From contig NZ_QRGA01000013.1 of the NCBI RefSeq assembly GCF_003367175.1, positions 32,230-64,229 of the forward strand: a DNA stretch of 32,000 nt, written 5' to 3'. Position numbers and translations under genes: made by a program. The DNA comes from Trinickia dinghuensis (GTDB taxonomy: Bacteria; Pseudomonadota; Gammaproteobacteria; Burkholderiales; Burkholderiaceae). This document shows positions 1 through 9,270 of this stretch, piece by piece. Under the pieces are notes generated by a model that worked only from the letters and a program-made list of their open reading frames with translations, was not told the DNA's origin and did no database searches. How positions within the stretch are numbered: position 1 is the first letter of the stretch; each line of letters starts with the position of its first letter.

Positions 1-150
1 CTGCAGCCGTTCTGGGCCATTCCGGTGGTCGCGATCGCGGGCGTCGGCGTGCAGCGCGTGCTCGGCTTCACGCTGGTGATCTTCCTCACGGCCGGCTCGT
101 TCCTCGGCCTCGTCTATTTGCTCATCGTGCCGACATTCGCAGGACTCTGA
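1..150 (+). CDS. 3' end of a membrane-protein gene (partial, continues left of the window)
   Basis: Frame 1 is open from base 1 to the TGA at 148-150. The translation LQPFWAIPVVAIAGVGVQRVLGFTLVIFLTAGSFLGLVYLLIVPTFAGL is strongly hydrophobic with G/C-rich third positions. The family cannot be identified from 49 aa. Confidence 0.4.
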   Translation: MQPFWAIPVVAIAGVGVQRVLGFTLVIFLTAGSFLGLVYLLIVPTFAGL

Positions 151-177
151 CCTCATTCTTTACGAACGGAAGTGACT

Positions 178-1347
178 ATGACTCATCAGTTGGCCCTCGA
201 GGGCATACGCGTCATCGAAGTCTGCAACGTCGCGGCAGGACCGTTCTGCGGCATGCTGCTCGCGGATATGGGCGCGGACGTCGTCAAGCTCGAGCATCCC
301 GACGGCGGCGACACGCTGCGCGCGTGGCCGCCGATCAGCCAGGGCTTCAGCGAAAACTTCGCTTCGCTCAACCGCAACAAGCGTTCGGTGACGCTGAACC
401 TGAAAGATCCGGGTGATCGCGAGACAGCCAAAGCGCTGATGTGCGATGCGGACGTCGTGATCGAAAACAACCGGCCCGGTGTGATGGACCGTCTGGGCCT
501 CGGCTACGAGGCGCTCGCGGCGCGCACCCCGCGTCTGCTGTATTGCTCGATTTCGGCTTATGGCCAGACGGGCCCGCGCGCGCAGGAAGGCGGTTTCGAC
601 CTTACCTTGCAGGCGATGAGCGGGATCATGAGCGTGACCGGCGCGGAAGGCGGCGAGCCGGTGAAATGCGGCGTGCCGCTGGCGGATTTCTCCGCCGGGC
701 TGTACGCGGCGTTCGCGATCGCTGCCGAGCTTCGGCGCGTGCAGCAGAGCGGCGCGGGCATGCACATCGACATCTCGATGCTCGGCGCGACACTCGGCAT
801 CGCTGCGCTGCAGACCTCCGAATACTTCGGCAGCGGCCGCGATCCGGTCAAGCTCGGTTCAGCGCATCCGCGCAATGCGCCGTACCAGGTGTTCCGTTGC
901 CGCGACGGCCACTTCGGCATGGCGGCCGGCAACAATGCGCTGTGGTCGAGCGTGTGCCGCGTGGTCGGACATCCGGAGTGGTTCGACGATCCGCGCTTCG
1001 CAAGCACCGGTGATCGTGCGCGCCATCAGACCGCGCTGCGCGAAATGCTCGAATCGGAATTTGCCGCGGCCGATGCGGGCGAGTGGCTCGAACGCTTTCG
1101 CGGCGCAGGTGTGCCTTGTGCGCCGATCAACCGCTATTCGGATGTGCTCGCCGATCCGCAGGTCGAGCACATGCAATGGGTGCAGCCGCTGACGCTGCCG
1201 AATGGCGTAAAGACGCGCACGTTCGGCTCGCCGATCCGGCTGTCGGGACACAGCCTGCCGATCCGCCGGGCGCCGCCCGCGCTTGGCGAGCATTCGCAAG
1301 AAGTTGTCAATGAACTCAAAGAAGGTCTTGCACAGGAAACACGATGA
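178..1347 (+). CDS. Family III CoA-transferase (CaiB/BaiF-type acyl-CoA transferase)
   Basis: Long ORF with N-terminal LEGIRVIEVCNVAAGPFCGMLLADMGADVVKLEHP, then ENNRPGVMDRLGLGYE and ISAYGQTGP, motifs I recognise from family III CoA-transferases. The track start at 172 is GTG. The ATG at 178 has GGAAG about 6 nt upstream. Confidence 0.9.
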   Translation: MTHQLALEGIRVIEVCNVAAGPFCGMLLADMGADVVKLEHPDGGDTLRAWPPISQGFSENFASLNRNKRSVTLNLKDPGDRETAKALMCDADVVIENNRPGVMDRLGLGYEALAARTPRLLYCSISAYGQTGPRAQEGGFDLTLQAMSGIMSVTGAEGGEPVKCGVPLADFSAGLYAAFAIAAELRRVQQSGAGMHIDISMLGATLGIAALQTSEYFGSGRDPVKLGSAHPRNAPYQVFRCRDGHFGMAAGNNALWSSVCRVVGHPEWFDDPRFASTGDRARHQTALREMLESEFAAADAGEWLERFRGAGVPCAPINRYSDVLADPQVEHMQWVQPLTLPNGVKTRTFGSPIRLSGHSLPIRRAPPALGEHSQEVVNELKEGLAQETR

Positions 1348-2066
1348 CCGGATCGATCGATATCGTGCGTGACGCAGACTGCTGGACGTTCACGCTCAAC
1401 CGCCCCGACAAGATGAACGCGCTGAATCCTCAGGCCGTGGAGGCGCTGCTCGCAGGGGTCGACGAGGCTCATCAGTCCGGTGCGCGCACGCTGGTGTTCG
1501 CGGGCAATGGCCGCAATTTCAGCGCCGGATTCGATCAAGGCAATCTGGAGCAGGAAAGCGACGCGGACCTGCTGCTGCGTCTCGTGAGAATCGAAACGAT
1601 GCTGCAGCGTGTTGCATCTTCGCCGTGCATGACGGTTGCGTTTGCTCACGGCCGGAATTTCGGTGCTGGTGTGGATCTGTTCGTTGCCTGCAAAAAGCGC
1701 TTCTGCACGGCGGATGCGACCTTCCGGATGCCGGGGCTGCGCTTCGGTCTGGTGCTTGGTACGCGGCGCTTCGGCGAGTGCGTGGGTCTCGCGAATGCCC
1801 GCGACATCCTCGAACAGACGCGCACGCTCGACGCGCATGAGGCGCATGAGATCGGTCTCGTGTCGCGGCTGGTCGAAGCGGACGGCGTTTGCAGTGTGGT
1901 CGACGACCTGCGCCAGGTTGCCGGACAGTTGGACAGTCAGACGCAACGCCACCTTTACGACGTGCTCGCGGCGGGTGACGCCTCGCGCGACCTCGCCGAT
2001 CTCGTGCTGTCGGCATCACGGCCGGGTCTGAAAGCGCGCATGCTGGCGTTCATGAGGCAGCGTTGA
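1344..2066 (+). CDS. Enoyl-CoA hydratase/isomerase (crotonase) family protein
   Basis: 240 aa with an ATGA start/stop overlap with the upstream gene (1344-1347). LNRPDKMNALN and VFAGNGRNFSAGFD are crotonase-fold-type motifs. Confidence 0.85.
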   Translation: MTGSIDIVRDADCWTFTLNRPDKMNALNPQAVEALLAGVDEAHQSGARTLVFAGNGRNFSAGFDQGNLEQESDADLLLRLVRIETMLQRVASSPCMTVAFAHGRNFGAGVDLFVACKKRFCTADATFRMPGLRFGLVLGTRRFGECVGLANARDILEQTRTLDAHEAHEIGLVSRLVEADGVCSVVDDLRQVAGQLDSQTQRHLYDVLAAGDASRDLADLVLSASRPGLKARMLAFMRQR

Positions 2067-2187
2067 GCGCGGGAGGGCGCGCAGCCGAGCCGCCAGCCGC
2101 TCGATCTGCCGTCGACTGACGCCCAAGCGCTCAGCCGCGCGCCACGGCTTCGATGAGCTTCAAACGATCCAGTTCACGCATGCTCAT
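2067..2187 (-). pseudogene. Decayed N-terminal HTH fragment of an IS-type transposase/integrase
   Basis: The minus strand reads MSMRELDRLKLIEAVARG* (ATG 2187, TGA 2131-2133). After a 1-nt frame change it continues AERLGVSRRQIERLAARLRA. The pattern ELDRLK.I..V...AAERLG.S.RQ.ERL resembles the N-terminal HTH of IS481/ISNCY-like transposases as I recall them. No catalytic domain follows, because the reading runs antisense into the crotonase gene. Confidence 0.35.
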
Positions 2188-2311
2188 GCGTGATCAGTCC
2201 TGCACTGAGCCGATACGGCAATTCGTACGACATGCCGCGGCTTGACCTTACCCTCAAGGCGACTATCTGGCGCATGACGGCCCGATGCACGTTGCGCATC
2301 AGCGCCTCAGT

Positions 2312-3097
2312 TCAAGCAGGCGGCGCCTGCCAATAGACGTCGAGGCCCATCAGCGTGGTGAGCAGGTTCGCCGCCTCCTTCATCTTCTCCCCGACCTCAG
2401 CGATGGATGGCACCGGTGCATTGTCGATGCGCTCGATATACGGTGTCGTCAACGAAGCGACCGCATGTCCGTCGCGACCGAACACCGGGTATGCGAGATT
2501 TCGCACGCCCTTCACCTGGCGGCTCTGCATGCGCGCAAAACCGCGTTGGCGGATCAAGGCGAGATCGTGGGCCAATGCGGGCAGATCGACATCGAGCTCG
2601 CCATCGACCGGCACATGGAGCGAGAGCATCCGCTCGCGTTCCGCCTCATCCTGGAACGCCATCAGCACCTGGCCGGACGCCGTATCGGTCATGCCGATCA
2701 GCGTGCCCACCTTCAACGAAAAGCCCCAGCGCTCAGGACTCTCGATGCCCGCGACGATGATCACGCGCCCCGCCTGATACACGCTCAGATGAAACGACTG
2801 CCGCACCTCATTCGCGAGTTGCGTCATCAGCGGCAGTGCGGTGGAGACGAGCGAGCGTACCGGCTGATGCCGGTGAGCAAGCTGGAACAGCAGCAGCGAC
2901 AGCGCGTAGCGTTCGCCGCTGGCGATCAGATAGCCCCGCGTTTCCAGCGTGACGACCATCCGGAAGATCTCGTTCGTCGTGCGGCCTAGCGCACGACCGA
3001 GTTCGACGAGCGACAAACCTTCCGGGTGATTCGCCAGCAGTTCGATGATGTCTAGGCCCTTTTCCAGAGCCGGTGCCGAATAGCGCGTCGTGTCCAA
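2312..3097 (-). CDS. IclR-family transcriptional regulator
   Basis: 261 aa with an N-terminal wHTH (APALEKGLDIIELLANHPEGLSLVELGRALGRTTNEIFRMVVTLETRGYL) and a C-terminal effector-type domain. It is divergent from the ABC operon. Confidence 0.9.
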   Translation of the reverse strand: MDTTRYSAPALEKGLDIIELLANHPEGLSLVELGRALGRTTNEIFRMVVTLETRGYLIASGERYALSLLLFQLAHRHQPVRSLVSTALPLMTQLANEVRQSFHLSVYQAGRVIIVAGIESPERWGFSLKVGTLIGMTDTASGQVLMAFQDEAERERMLSLHVPVDGELDVDLPALAHDLALIRQRGFARMQSRQVKGVRNLAYPVFGRDGHAVASLTTPYIERIDNAPVPSIAEVGEKMKEAANLLTTLMGLDVYWQAPPA

Positions 3098-3237
3098 CTC
3101 AATATCCTTCGCAGATGCCAGTGAGGTTCACAGGTGTGGCCAAGTGCCAATTGTAGTGCGGCCGGAACGCCACGCCGCTCGCAGATGAACCGGCCCGTTG
3201 GCGGGGCCTCGGCGAGGGGGTGGGAAAACACTGATCT

Positions 3238-3276
3238 ACATTTTATGTATGAAAGTGAATTTTATAAATAAAATGT
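3238..3276. promoter_or_regulatory. AT-rich inverted repeat, candidate operator/promoter between the IclR gene and the ABC operon
   Basis: 9-bp inverted repeat ACATTTTAT (3238-3246) / ATAAAATGT (3268-3276) inside a conspicuous AT-rich island in otherwise GC-rich DNA, about 30 nt upstream of the ABC ATPase start. Confidence 0.35.
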
Positions 3277-3307
3277 TGCTGAAGATGAGGCGTGAGGAGA
3301 AACGCGC

Positions 3308-4372
3308 ATGGCCGAAGTGGCGTTCGAGCAAGTGCAGAAGTCGTTTGGCGCGGTACAGGTGCTGAAGCACATCGATCTGACGGTGCATGACGGCGAGTTT
3401 CTCGTGCTCGTGGGGCCGAGCGGCTGCGGCAAATCCACGCTGCTGCGCGCGCTGGCGGGCCTCGATGGCATAACGCGCGGCCGCATCCTGATCGACGGGA
3501 AGGTCGTCAACAGCCTGCAGCCGAAAGATCGCGACATCGCGATGGTGTTCCAGAACTACGCGCTCTATCCCCATATGAGCGTGCGGGAAAACCTCACGTT
3601 CGCGCTGAAGCTACGCGAGCTGAAGCCACAGGACATCGACGCGCGCGCCCGCGAGGCAGCGGCCATTCTCGGGCTCGAAGATCTGCTCGACCGCTATCCG
3701 CGTCATCTGTCGGGCGGGCAGCGGCAGCGCGTCGCCATGGGGCGGGCCATCGTGCGCGATCCGAAGGTGTTTCTGTTCGACGAACCGCTGTCGAATCTCG
3801 ACGCGAAGCTGCGCGTGCAGATGCGCGCCGAGATCCGCGCGCTGCATCAGCGGCTGAAGGCGACCACCGTTTACGTGACGCACGACCAGATCGAGGCGAT
3901 GACCATGGCGGACCGCATCGTCGTGCTGAACGGTGGCGTGATCGAGCAGATCGGCGCGCCGCTCGATCTGTACGACGACCCCGACAACCTGTTCGTCGCC
4001 GGCTTCATCGGATCGCCCGCGATGAACCGCGTCGGGGGCGTCTACGAGCGCATCGCCGATGGCGCGCGCGTGCGCATCGGCGATAGCGTGTTGGCTGCGC
4101 CGCTCGTGGCGGCGAGCACAGGCCAGCGCGTGGTGGTGGGCGTGCGCCCGGAGCATCTGCTGCCGGCCCCCGACGGACGCTTGCCGTTCGCCGTCGACGT
4201 GGTGGAACCGACGGGCGCCGCGACCGAACTGTTCGGCACCATCGCGGGCGAGCGCTGCTGCGTGCTCGTCAACGGCCGTACCGCATTGAAACCGGGCACC
4301 GTCACGATGCTGCGCGCGGCGCCCGAACACGTGTATCTGTTCGACGAAGAGAGCGGCCGTCGTCTGCGCTGA
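3308..4372 (+). CDS. Sugar ABC transporter ATP-binding protein (MalK/UgpC type)
   Basis: Walker [13 protein letters not shown] signature LSGGQRQR, Walker [12 protein letters not shown], and a C-terminal regulatory-type extension. GAGGAGA RBS upstream. Confidence 0.95.
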   Translation: MAEVAFEQVQKSFGAVQVLKHIDLTVHDGEFLVLVGPSGCGKSTLLRALAGLDGITRGRILIDGKVVNSLQPKDRDIAMVFQNYALYPHMSVRENLTFALKLRELKPQDIDARAREAAAILGLEDLLDRYPRHLSGGQRQRVAMGRAIVRDPKVFLFDEPLSNLDAKLRVQMRAEIRALHQRLKATTVYVTHDQIEAMTMADRIVVLNGGVIEQIGAPLDLYDDPDNLFVAGFIGSPAMNRVGGVYERIADGARVRIGDSVLAAPLVAASTGQRVVVGVRPEHLLPAPDGRLPFAVDVVEPTGAATELFGTIAGERCCVLVNGRTALKPGTVTMLRAAPEHVYLFDEESGRRLR

Positions 4373-4405
4373 AGAGCAGGGCGGCCCACCACAAGGAGAC
4401 GCGAC

Positions 4406-5755
4406 ATGTCGGGTTGCAACAGCAGGAAGTCGGCGGGCGGCGCGATCGTGCGCGCGATGGTGTCGGTGCTTGTGTTCGCCGGCATCGTCGCGGCGGGCAC
4501 GGCCCATGCCGACAACGAGTACAAGGGCTACACGCTGCGCGTGAAGCTGATCGGCGGCGTGCAGTACGAGGCGCTCTACACGCGTATTCCGATCTGGGAG
4601 AAAGAGACCGGCGCGAAAGTCGAGATCGTTTCGCGCAAGAGCCATTTCGAGCTCGACCGCGAGCTGAAGCAGGACATCGCTTCGAATCACATCGACTATT
4701 GCGTGTCGTCGAATCACACCAACTTCGCCGCGCAGTATTCGATTTTCCGCGACCTGAAGGGGCTCTTTCCCGCGGACTATCTGGCGCAGTTCGCGCCGAA
4801 TCTGCTGAAGCAGTCGGAAGTGAAGGGCCATCTCGTGCAAATTCCGCGCTCGACCGACATCGAAGCGCTCTACTACGACAAGACCGTATTCGACGATCCG
4901 GCGATACAGGCCGCGTACCGCAAGCAGTTCAACGAAACGCTGGCGCCGCCGAAAAACTTCCTCGAGTTCGAGCAGCAGGCGAAGTTCTTCACGAAGTCGC
5001 CGAACTTTTACGGCACGCAGTTCCCGGGCAAGGATGAAGCCTTGACCGGCACCTTCTATTCGCTGCTGGTCGCGAACGGCGGGCAACTGCTGGACGCGAA
5101 AATGCGCCCCGCATTCAACTCGCCGGTGGGCGTGAAGACGCTGAACTGGTTCGTCGACCTCTACAAGGCGGGCGCCGTGCCGAAGGGCGCGCCAAACTAC
5201 GTATGGGACGATCTCGGCAACAATTTCGCCGCGGGCAAGGTGGCGCTCGACATGGACTGGCCGGGCTTCGCATCGTTCTACAACGACCCGAAAACGTCGA
5301 AACTGGCGGGCAACGTCGGCGTGGTGCGCGCGCCGCTCGGCGCGGCCGGCAAGCGGCCAGGCTGGTCGGGCTCGCACAGCTTCTCGATCACCAAAGCGTG
5401 CGACCGTCCCGACATCGCGGCGAGCTTCATCGAGTTCCTGACGAATCACGATTCGCAGATGGTCGAGGCGCGCCTCGGCACGATCCCGTCGCGGCTCGAT
5501 GCGCAGCGCGACGCGGTGAAGGAGTTCCAGGCAAAGCACGACACCTACATGGCGAACGCGATCGAGGTGTTCAGCGCCGCGGCGAAGGACGACTCGTTCA
5601 CGCCGCCGCGCATCGCTCAGTGGAACGAGATCTCGAATGCGCTGTGGCCTGAGCTGCAGAAGGCGATCATCGGCGACAAGAGCTCGAAGCAGGCACTCGA
5701 CGACGCGGCGAAGAAAGTCTCCGACATCATGCAGGACGCGGCCGACAACGATTAA
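4406..5755 (+). CDS. ABC transporter extracellular solute-binding protein (sugar type)
   Basis: 449 aa with an AAGGAGA RBS about 7 nt upstream and a signal peptide (VSVLVFAGIVAAGTAHA/D). It sits between the ATPase and the permeases. Confidence 0.9.
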   Translation: MSGCNSRKSAGGAIVRAMVSVLVFAGIVAAGTAHADNEYKGYTLRVKLIGGVQYEALYTRIPIWEKETGAKVEIVSRKSHFELDRELKQDIASNHIDYCVSSNHTNFAAQYSIFRDLKGLFPADYLAQFAPNLLKQSEVKGHLVQIPRSTDIEALYYDKTVFDDPAIQAAYRKQFNETLAPPKNFLEFEQQAKFFTKSPNFYGTQFPGKDEALTGTFYSLLVANGGQLLDAKMRPAFNSPVGVKTLNWFVDLYKAGAVPKGAPNYVWDDLGNNFAAGKVALDMDWPGFASFYNDPKTSKLAGNVGVVRAPLGAAGKRPGWSGSHSFSITKACDRPDIAASFIEFLTNHDSQMVEARLGTIPSRLDAQRDAVKEFQAKHDTYMANAIEVFSAAAKDDSFTPPRIAQWNEISNALWPELQKAIIGDKSSKQALDDAAKKVSDIMQDAADND

Positions 5756-5758
5756 CGA

Positions 5759-6736
5759 TTGATGATGAACTTCGAACGACGCGGCAGCGACGACATGCGA
5801 TCCGGCGGCACGAATCTCGCGCGACCCGCGCTTACTGTGCCGCACGCGGTGCGCGAGCACCTGTCTTTGCCCGCGAAGCTGTTGCTGCCGGCTTTCGTTT
5901 CGGTGGCGATCGTGGTCGTGCTGCCGCTGCTGTTTTCGCTGTACACGAGCTTTACCGCGTACCGGCTGACGGACCCGGCGACGCTCGGCCACTTCATCGG
6001 CTGGCGCAACTATGCGCGTGCGCTGTCGAATGGCGATTTTTGGTCCGCCTTCGGCCGCACGGTGCTGTTTCTGACCATCGCGCTGAATCTCGAGATGGTG
6101 CTCGGTCTGGGCATCGCGTTGTTGCTGAACCAGGTGACGGCGGGGCGGCGTCTGCTGCGCACGGTGATGATGTTTCCGATGATGTTTTCGCCGGTGCTGG
6201 TGGGCTTCCAGTTCAAGTTCATGCTGAACGACAGCACCGGCGTCGTGAACCATCTGCTGCAGTCGCTGTTCGGGATGCATGGGTCGATTCCGTTTCTCGT
6301 CAACGAAAACTCGGCGCTCGCTTCGCTGATCGCGGCGGAAGTGTGGAATTCGACACCGGTATTCGCCGTGATCCTGCTCGCCGGCTTGATGGCGCTGCCG
6401 AAAGACCCGATCGAGGCGTCGAAGGTGGATGGCTGCACGGCATGGCAGACGTTCCGCTACGTGACCTTGCCGTACCTGATGCCCTTCATCTATATCGCGA
6501 TGACGATCCGCTCGCTCGACGTCGGCCGCGCGTACGACATCGTGCGAATCATGACGAACGGCGGCCCGGGCGGGCGCACCGAGCTGCTGTGGACGATGGT
6601 AGGCCGCATCGCTTACGACGATTCGCACATGGGCTACGCGAATGCGATCGCCTATGTGTCGGTACTCGTGTCGATCCTCTTCACGCTGTACTTCTTCCGC
6701 AAGCTGAATGCCGCGCGCCGGCATATGGGATCGTGA
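5759..6736 (+). CDS. Sugar ABC transporter permease (first membrane component)
   Basis: 325 aa, multi-TM, with the EAA-type loop PKDPIEASKVDGCTAWQTFRYVTLPYL. The exact start among the N-terminal Met codons is uncertain. Confidence 0.9.
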   Translation: MMMNFERRGSDDMRSGGTNLARPALTVPHAVREHLSLPAKLLLPAFVSVAIVVVLPLLFSLYTSFTAYRLTDPATLGHFIGWRNYARALSNGDFWSAFGRTVLFLTIALNLEMVLGLGIALLLNQVTAGRRLLRTVMMFPMMFSPVLVGFQFKFMLNDSTGVVNHLLQSLFGMHGSIPFLVNENSALASLIAAEVWNSTPVFAVILLAGLMALPKDPIEASKVDGCTAWQTFRYVTLPYLMPFIYIAMTIRSLDVGRAYDIVRIMTNGGPGGRTELLWTMVGRIAYDDSHMGYANAIAYVSVLVSILFTLYFFRKLNAARRHMGS

Positions 6737-6801
6737 TCGATGAACGATTCGAGCATCGCATTGCATTTCGTGTTGTCCACGCCTTCCCGGGGAGAGCGGC
6801 G

Positions 6802-7632
6802 ATGAAACGCATCGCGCTGTGGTTCGGCGTCTTTGTCGCGATGGCGGTGATCTGCCTGCCGGGGCTGTGGGTGGTGCTCAACGCGTTCCGCACGAATGTC
6901 GCAATCCTGTCGAACCAGTCGCCGTTCAGCGCGGGCGGCTACACGCTCGACAACTTCCGCGGGATGTTCGGCTATGGCGGTATGGCATCGCTGCCGATTG
7001 CGAAGTATTTCGTGAATTCACTGATCATTTCGAGCGTCAGCACGGCGGCGGCGCTGGTGGTCGGCGTGCTGGGCGGCTATGCGTTCGCGCGCTTCGAATT
7101 CCGCCGCAAGAACCTGCTGTTCGTGCTGTTGATGCTCACGCGGGCGATTCCCGGCATCGCGCTGTCGCTGCCGATCTTCATGCTGTGGGCGTGGACCGGG
7201 CTGCTCGATACGCGCCTCGGTGTGATCGTCGTCTACCTCGCGATGAACGTGCCGTTCACCGTCTGGCTGATCGACGGCTTCTTTCGCGAGGTGCCGATCG
7301 AGCTGTCGCAGGCCGCGCTGATCGATGGCTGCACGCGCTGGCAAGCGTTCTGGCGCGTCGAGCTGCCGCTTGCGCGCTCGGGTATCGCGTCGGCGGGAAT
7401 TTTTGCATTTCTGACGAGTTGGAACGAGTTCGCGCTCGCCACGCAGCTGTGCCGCAGCCCAGAGACCAAGACGCTCCCGGTCGGGTTGATGGACTACACC
7501 GCGCAGTTTTCCGTCGACTGGGCAGGCATGTGCGCGATGGCCGTCGTCATCATCGTGCCCGCGATCGTGCTGACGTTCATCGCGCAGAAACACCTGATAG
7601 CCGGCCTCACGCTGGGCGGCGTGAAAGGGTGA
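6802..7632 (+). CDS. Sugar ABC transporter permease (second membrane component)
   Basis: In-frame ATG at 6802 gives MKRIALWFGVFVAMAVICLPGLW..., 276 aa. EAA-type loop SQAALIDGCTRWQAFWRVELPL. The 530-aa track ORF (6040..7632) is an Arg-rich upstream extension overlapping the previous permease gene. Confidence 0.9.
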   Translation: MKRIALWFGVFVAMAVICLPGLWVVLNAFRTNVAILSNQSPFSAGGYTLDNFRGMFGYGGMASLPIAKYFVNSLIISSVSTAAALVVGVLGGYAFARFEFRRKNLLFVLLMLTRAIPGIALSLPIFMLWAWTGLLDTRLGVIVVYLAMNVPFTVWLIDGFFREVPIELSQAALIDGCTRWQAFWRVELPLARSGIASAGIFAFLTSWNEFALATQLCRSPETKTLPVGLMDYTAQFSVDWAGMCAMAVVIIVPAIVLTFIAQKHLIAGLTLGGVKG

Positions 7633-7693
7633 AGCGGCTGAAAACCCGCTGAAAAACAGCCACGTCATCAAGGGATTCGGGAGCGAACGATTC

Positions 7694-8818
7694 ATGACAA
7701 GCATCGACTCAGTCGAAATCCGCCAGGTGGATCTGCAGCCGAAGGTCAGGCGCACCGACGCGATCCAGGCGTTCGTCGTGCAGGAGACGGTGCTCGTGAC
7801 GATCCGCTGCGACGACGGCAGCAGCGGCACCGGCTATACGTACACCATTGGCACGGGTGGCTCCTCGGTGGTCGCGCTGCTGCGCGATCATCTGGCGCCG
7901 CGACTCATCGGCCGCGATCCCGCCGCCTTCGAAGCGATCTGGCGCGATCTGTTGTTTCATACGCACGCCACCGCCGTGGGCGCGATCACGAGTCTCGCGC
8001 TTGCCGCCATCGACACGGCGCTGTGGGACCGAAACACGCGTGTCGCGGGCGTGCCGCTGTGGATCGCCGCGGGCGGCGCGAAATCGTGCACAAGGACCTA
8101 TTCGACCGAAGGTGGATGGCTGCATCTGTCCGAGCAAGAACTCGTCGAACAGACCTTGCAGGCGCGCGCGGACGGCTTCCTCGGCGCGAAGCTGAAGGTC
8201 GGGCGGCCGCATGTTTCCGAGGATGTGCGGCGGCTGGACGCCGTGCGCCACGCGGTGGGCGACGGCTTCGAACTGATGACCGACGCGAATCAGGGCTTTA
8301 CGTTTCCTGAGGCATTGCGGCGCGCGCACGCATTCGAGCCGTTCCGGCTCGCATGGCTCGAAGAGCCGATGCCGGCGGAAAACGTCGACGCGCACCGCCG
8401 GCTGTCGCTCGCAACGACCGTCCCGATCGCCGTTGGCGAGTCGCTGTATCACCCGGGCCAGTTCGGCGAATACATGAAGGCCGACGCGTGTGCGATTGTG
8501 CAGGCCGACGTCGCGCGTGTCGGCGGCATCACGCCGTGGCTGAAGGTCGCGCATATCGCCGAAGCGCTCAACCTCGACATCTGCCCGCACTTTCTGATGG
8601 AATTGCATGTGAGCCTGTGCGCGGCGGTGCCGAACGCGGCGTGGGTCGAGTACATTCCGCAGCTTGATTCGCTGACGGGCAGGGGCGTGCGGATCGAGGA
8701 AGGTCACGCGTATGCGCCGGACGAACCGGGTCTTGGCATCGACTGGGACTGGGATGCGATTCGCGCGGCGCAACATGTCGAACTGTCGATCGACGCGTCG
8801 AATCGGCGCGTCGCGTAA
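7694..8818 (+). CDS. Mandelate racemase/muconate-lactonizing (enolase superfamily) enzyme, probable acid-sugar dehydratase
   Basis: 374 aa with a KxK motif (AKLKVG), metal-ligand contexts TDANQG, LEEP and VGES, and a C-terminal CPH, consistent with the MR subgroup. Substrate not assignable by eye. Confidence 0.9.
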   Translation: MTSIDSVEIRQVDLQPKVRRTDAIQAFVVQETVLVTIRCDDGSSGTGYTYTIGTGGSSVVALLRDHLAPRLIGRDPAAFEAIWRDLLFHTHATAVGAITSLALAAIDTALWDRNTRVAGVPLWIAAGGAKSCTRTYSTEGGWLHLSEQELVEQTLQARADGFLGAKLKVGRPHVSEDVRRLDAVRHAVGDGFELMTDANQGFTFPEALRRAHAFEPFRLAWLEEPMPAENVDAHRRLSLATTVPIAVGESLYHPGQFGEYMKADACAIVQADVARVGGITPWLKVAHIAEALNLDICPHFLMELHVSLCAAVPNAAWVEYIPQLDSLTGRGVRIEEGHAYAPDEPGLGIDWDWDAIRAAQHVELSIDASNRRVA

Positions 8819-8828
8819 GGTGCTGACC

Positions 8829-9185
8829 ATGCGAAAGATGGCGATGGTGATCGGCCTCAGGCCTGAAAAAATCGATGAATACCGGCGTTTGCATGCGAAC
8901 GTCTGGCCGGCGGTGCAGACGCGCATCCGGCAGAGCAACATTCGCAACTATTCGATCTTTCTGCGTGAGCCGGAGAATCTGCTGTTTGCCTATTGGGAAT
9001 ATCACGGCGGCGACTTCGCCGCGGACATGGCGGCAATGGCCGCGGCCCCGGAAACGCAGCGCTGGTGGGCACTGACCGCGCCGTGCCAGATGCGCCTCGC
9101 GAGCGCGCAGGACGGCGAGCAGTGGGCGATGATGGAGCAGGTCTTTGAGTTGGATCCGGACATCATTGATCCGGAAACACGCTAG
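8829..9185 (+). CDS. rhaM: L-rhamnose mutarotase-like protein
   Basis: ATG at 8829 gives 118 aa, MRKMAMVIGLRPEKIDEYRRLHANVWPAVQTRIRQSNIRNYSIFL...LFAYWEYHG. This matches my memory of RhaM/YiiL-type mutarotases. The 157-aa track ORF begins inside the upstream gene. Confidence 0.8.
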   Translation: MRKMAMVIGLRPEKIDEYRRLHANVWPAVQTRIRQSNIRNYSIFLREPENLLFAYWEYHGGDFAADMAAMAAAPETQRWWALTAPCQMRLASAQDGEQWAMMEQVFELDPDIIDPETR

Positions 9186-9253
9186 CGCTGCATTTTCGGG
9201 CGTGTGAGCGGTCATCTTTCGTCTGACTTGAAATCTCGATTTTTGGTTGATAA

Positions 9254-9270
9254 TTCGCGTTATGTCAAAT
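9254..9270 (+). repeat. attL core: TTCGCGTTATGTCAAAT
   Basis: Exact 17-bp direct repeat of 19265-19281. The last 11 nt, TTATGTCAAAT, match the E. coli dif XerD arm TTATGTTAAAT at 10 of 11 positions. The 28-mer 9243-9270 reads TTGGTTGATAA-TTCGCG-TTATGTCAAAT. Confidence 0.8.

Noticed and set aside
3611-6766. 1051-aa minus-strand ORF, the longest in the track
   Set aside because: It runs antisense to four well-supported ABC transporter genes. Its translation is Arg/His/Ala-rich low-complexity sequence with no motifs. It is a typical shadow ORF of high-G+C DNA.
6040-6801. N-terminal 254 codons of the 530-aa plus-strand ORF
   Set aside because: This part overlaps the first permease gene in another frame and is Arg/Asp-rich. 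The real permease starts at the internal ATG 6802, which has a hydrophobic N-terminus.
7709-8947. 412-aa minus-strand ORF
   Set aside because: It is antisense to the enolase-superfamily gene and is Arg-rich with no motifs, so it is a shadow ORF.
9186-9253. A possible tRNA or tmRNA gene as the integration target (also checked 19282-19400)
   Set aside because: No cloverleaf-compatible stems, no T-loop GTTCGAATC-like motif and no CCA-adjacent acceptor pairing could be found on either side of the att cores.
9243-9270. Calling this 28-mer the replicon's genuine dif site
   Set aside because: Only the XerD arm is convincing. The central hexamer TTCGCG is G/C-rich, the XerC arm matches only in its terminal ATAA, and the terminus position cannot be assessed from a 32-kb window. 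I kept it as dif-like only.
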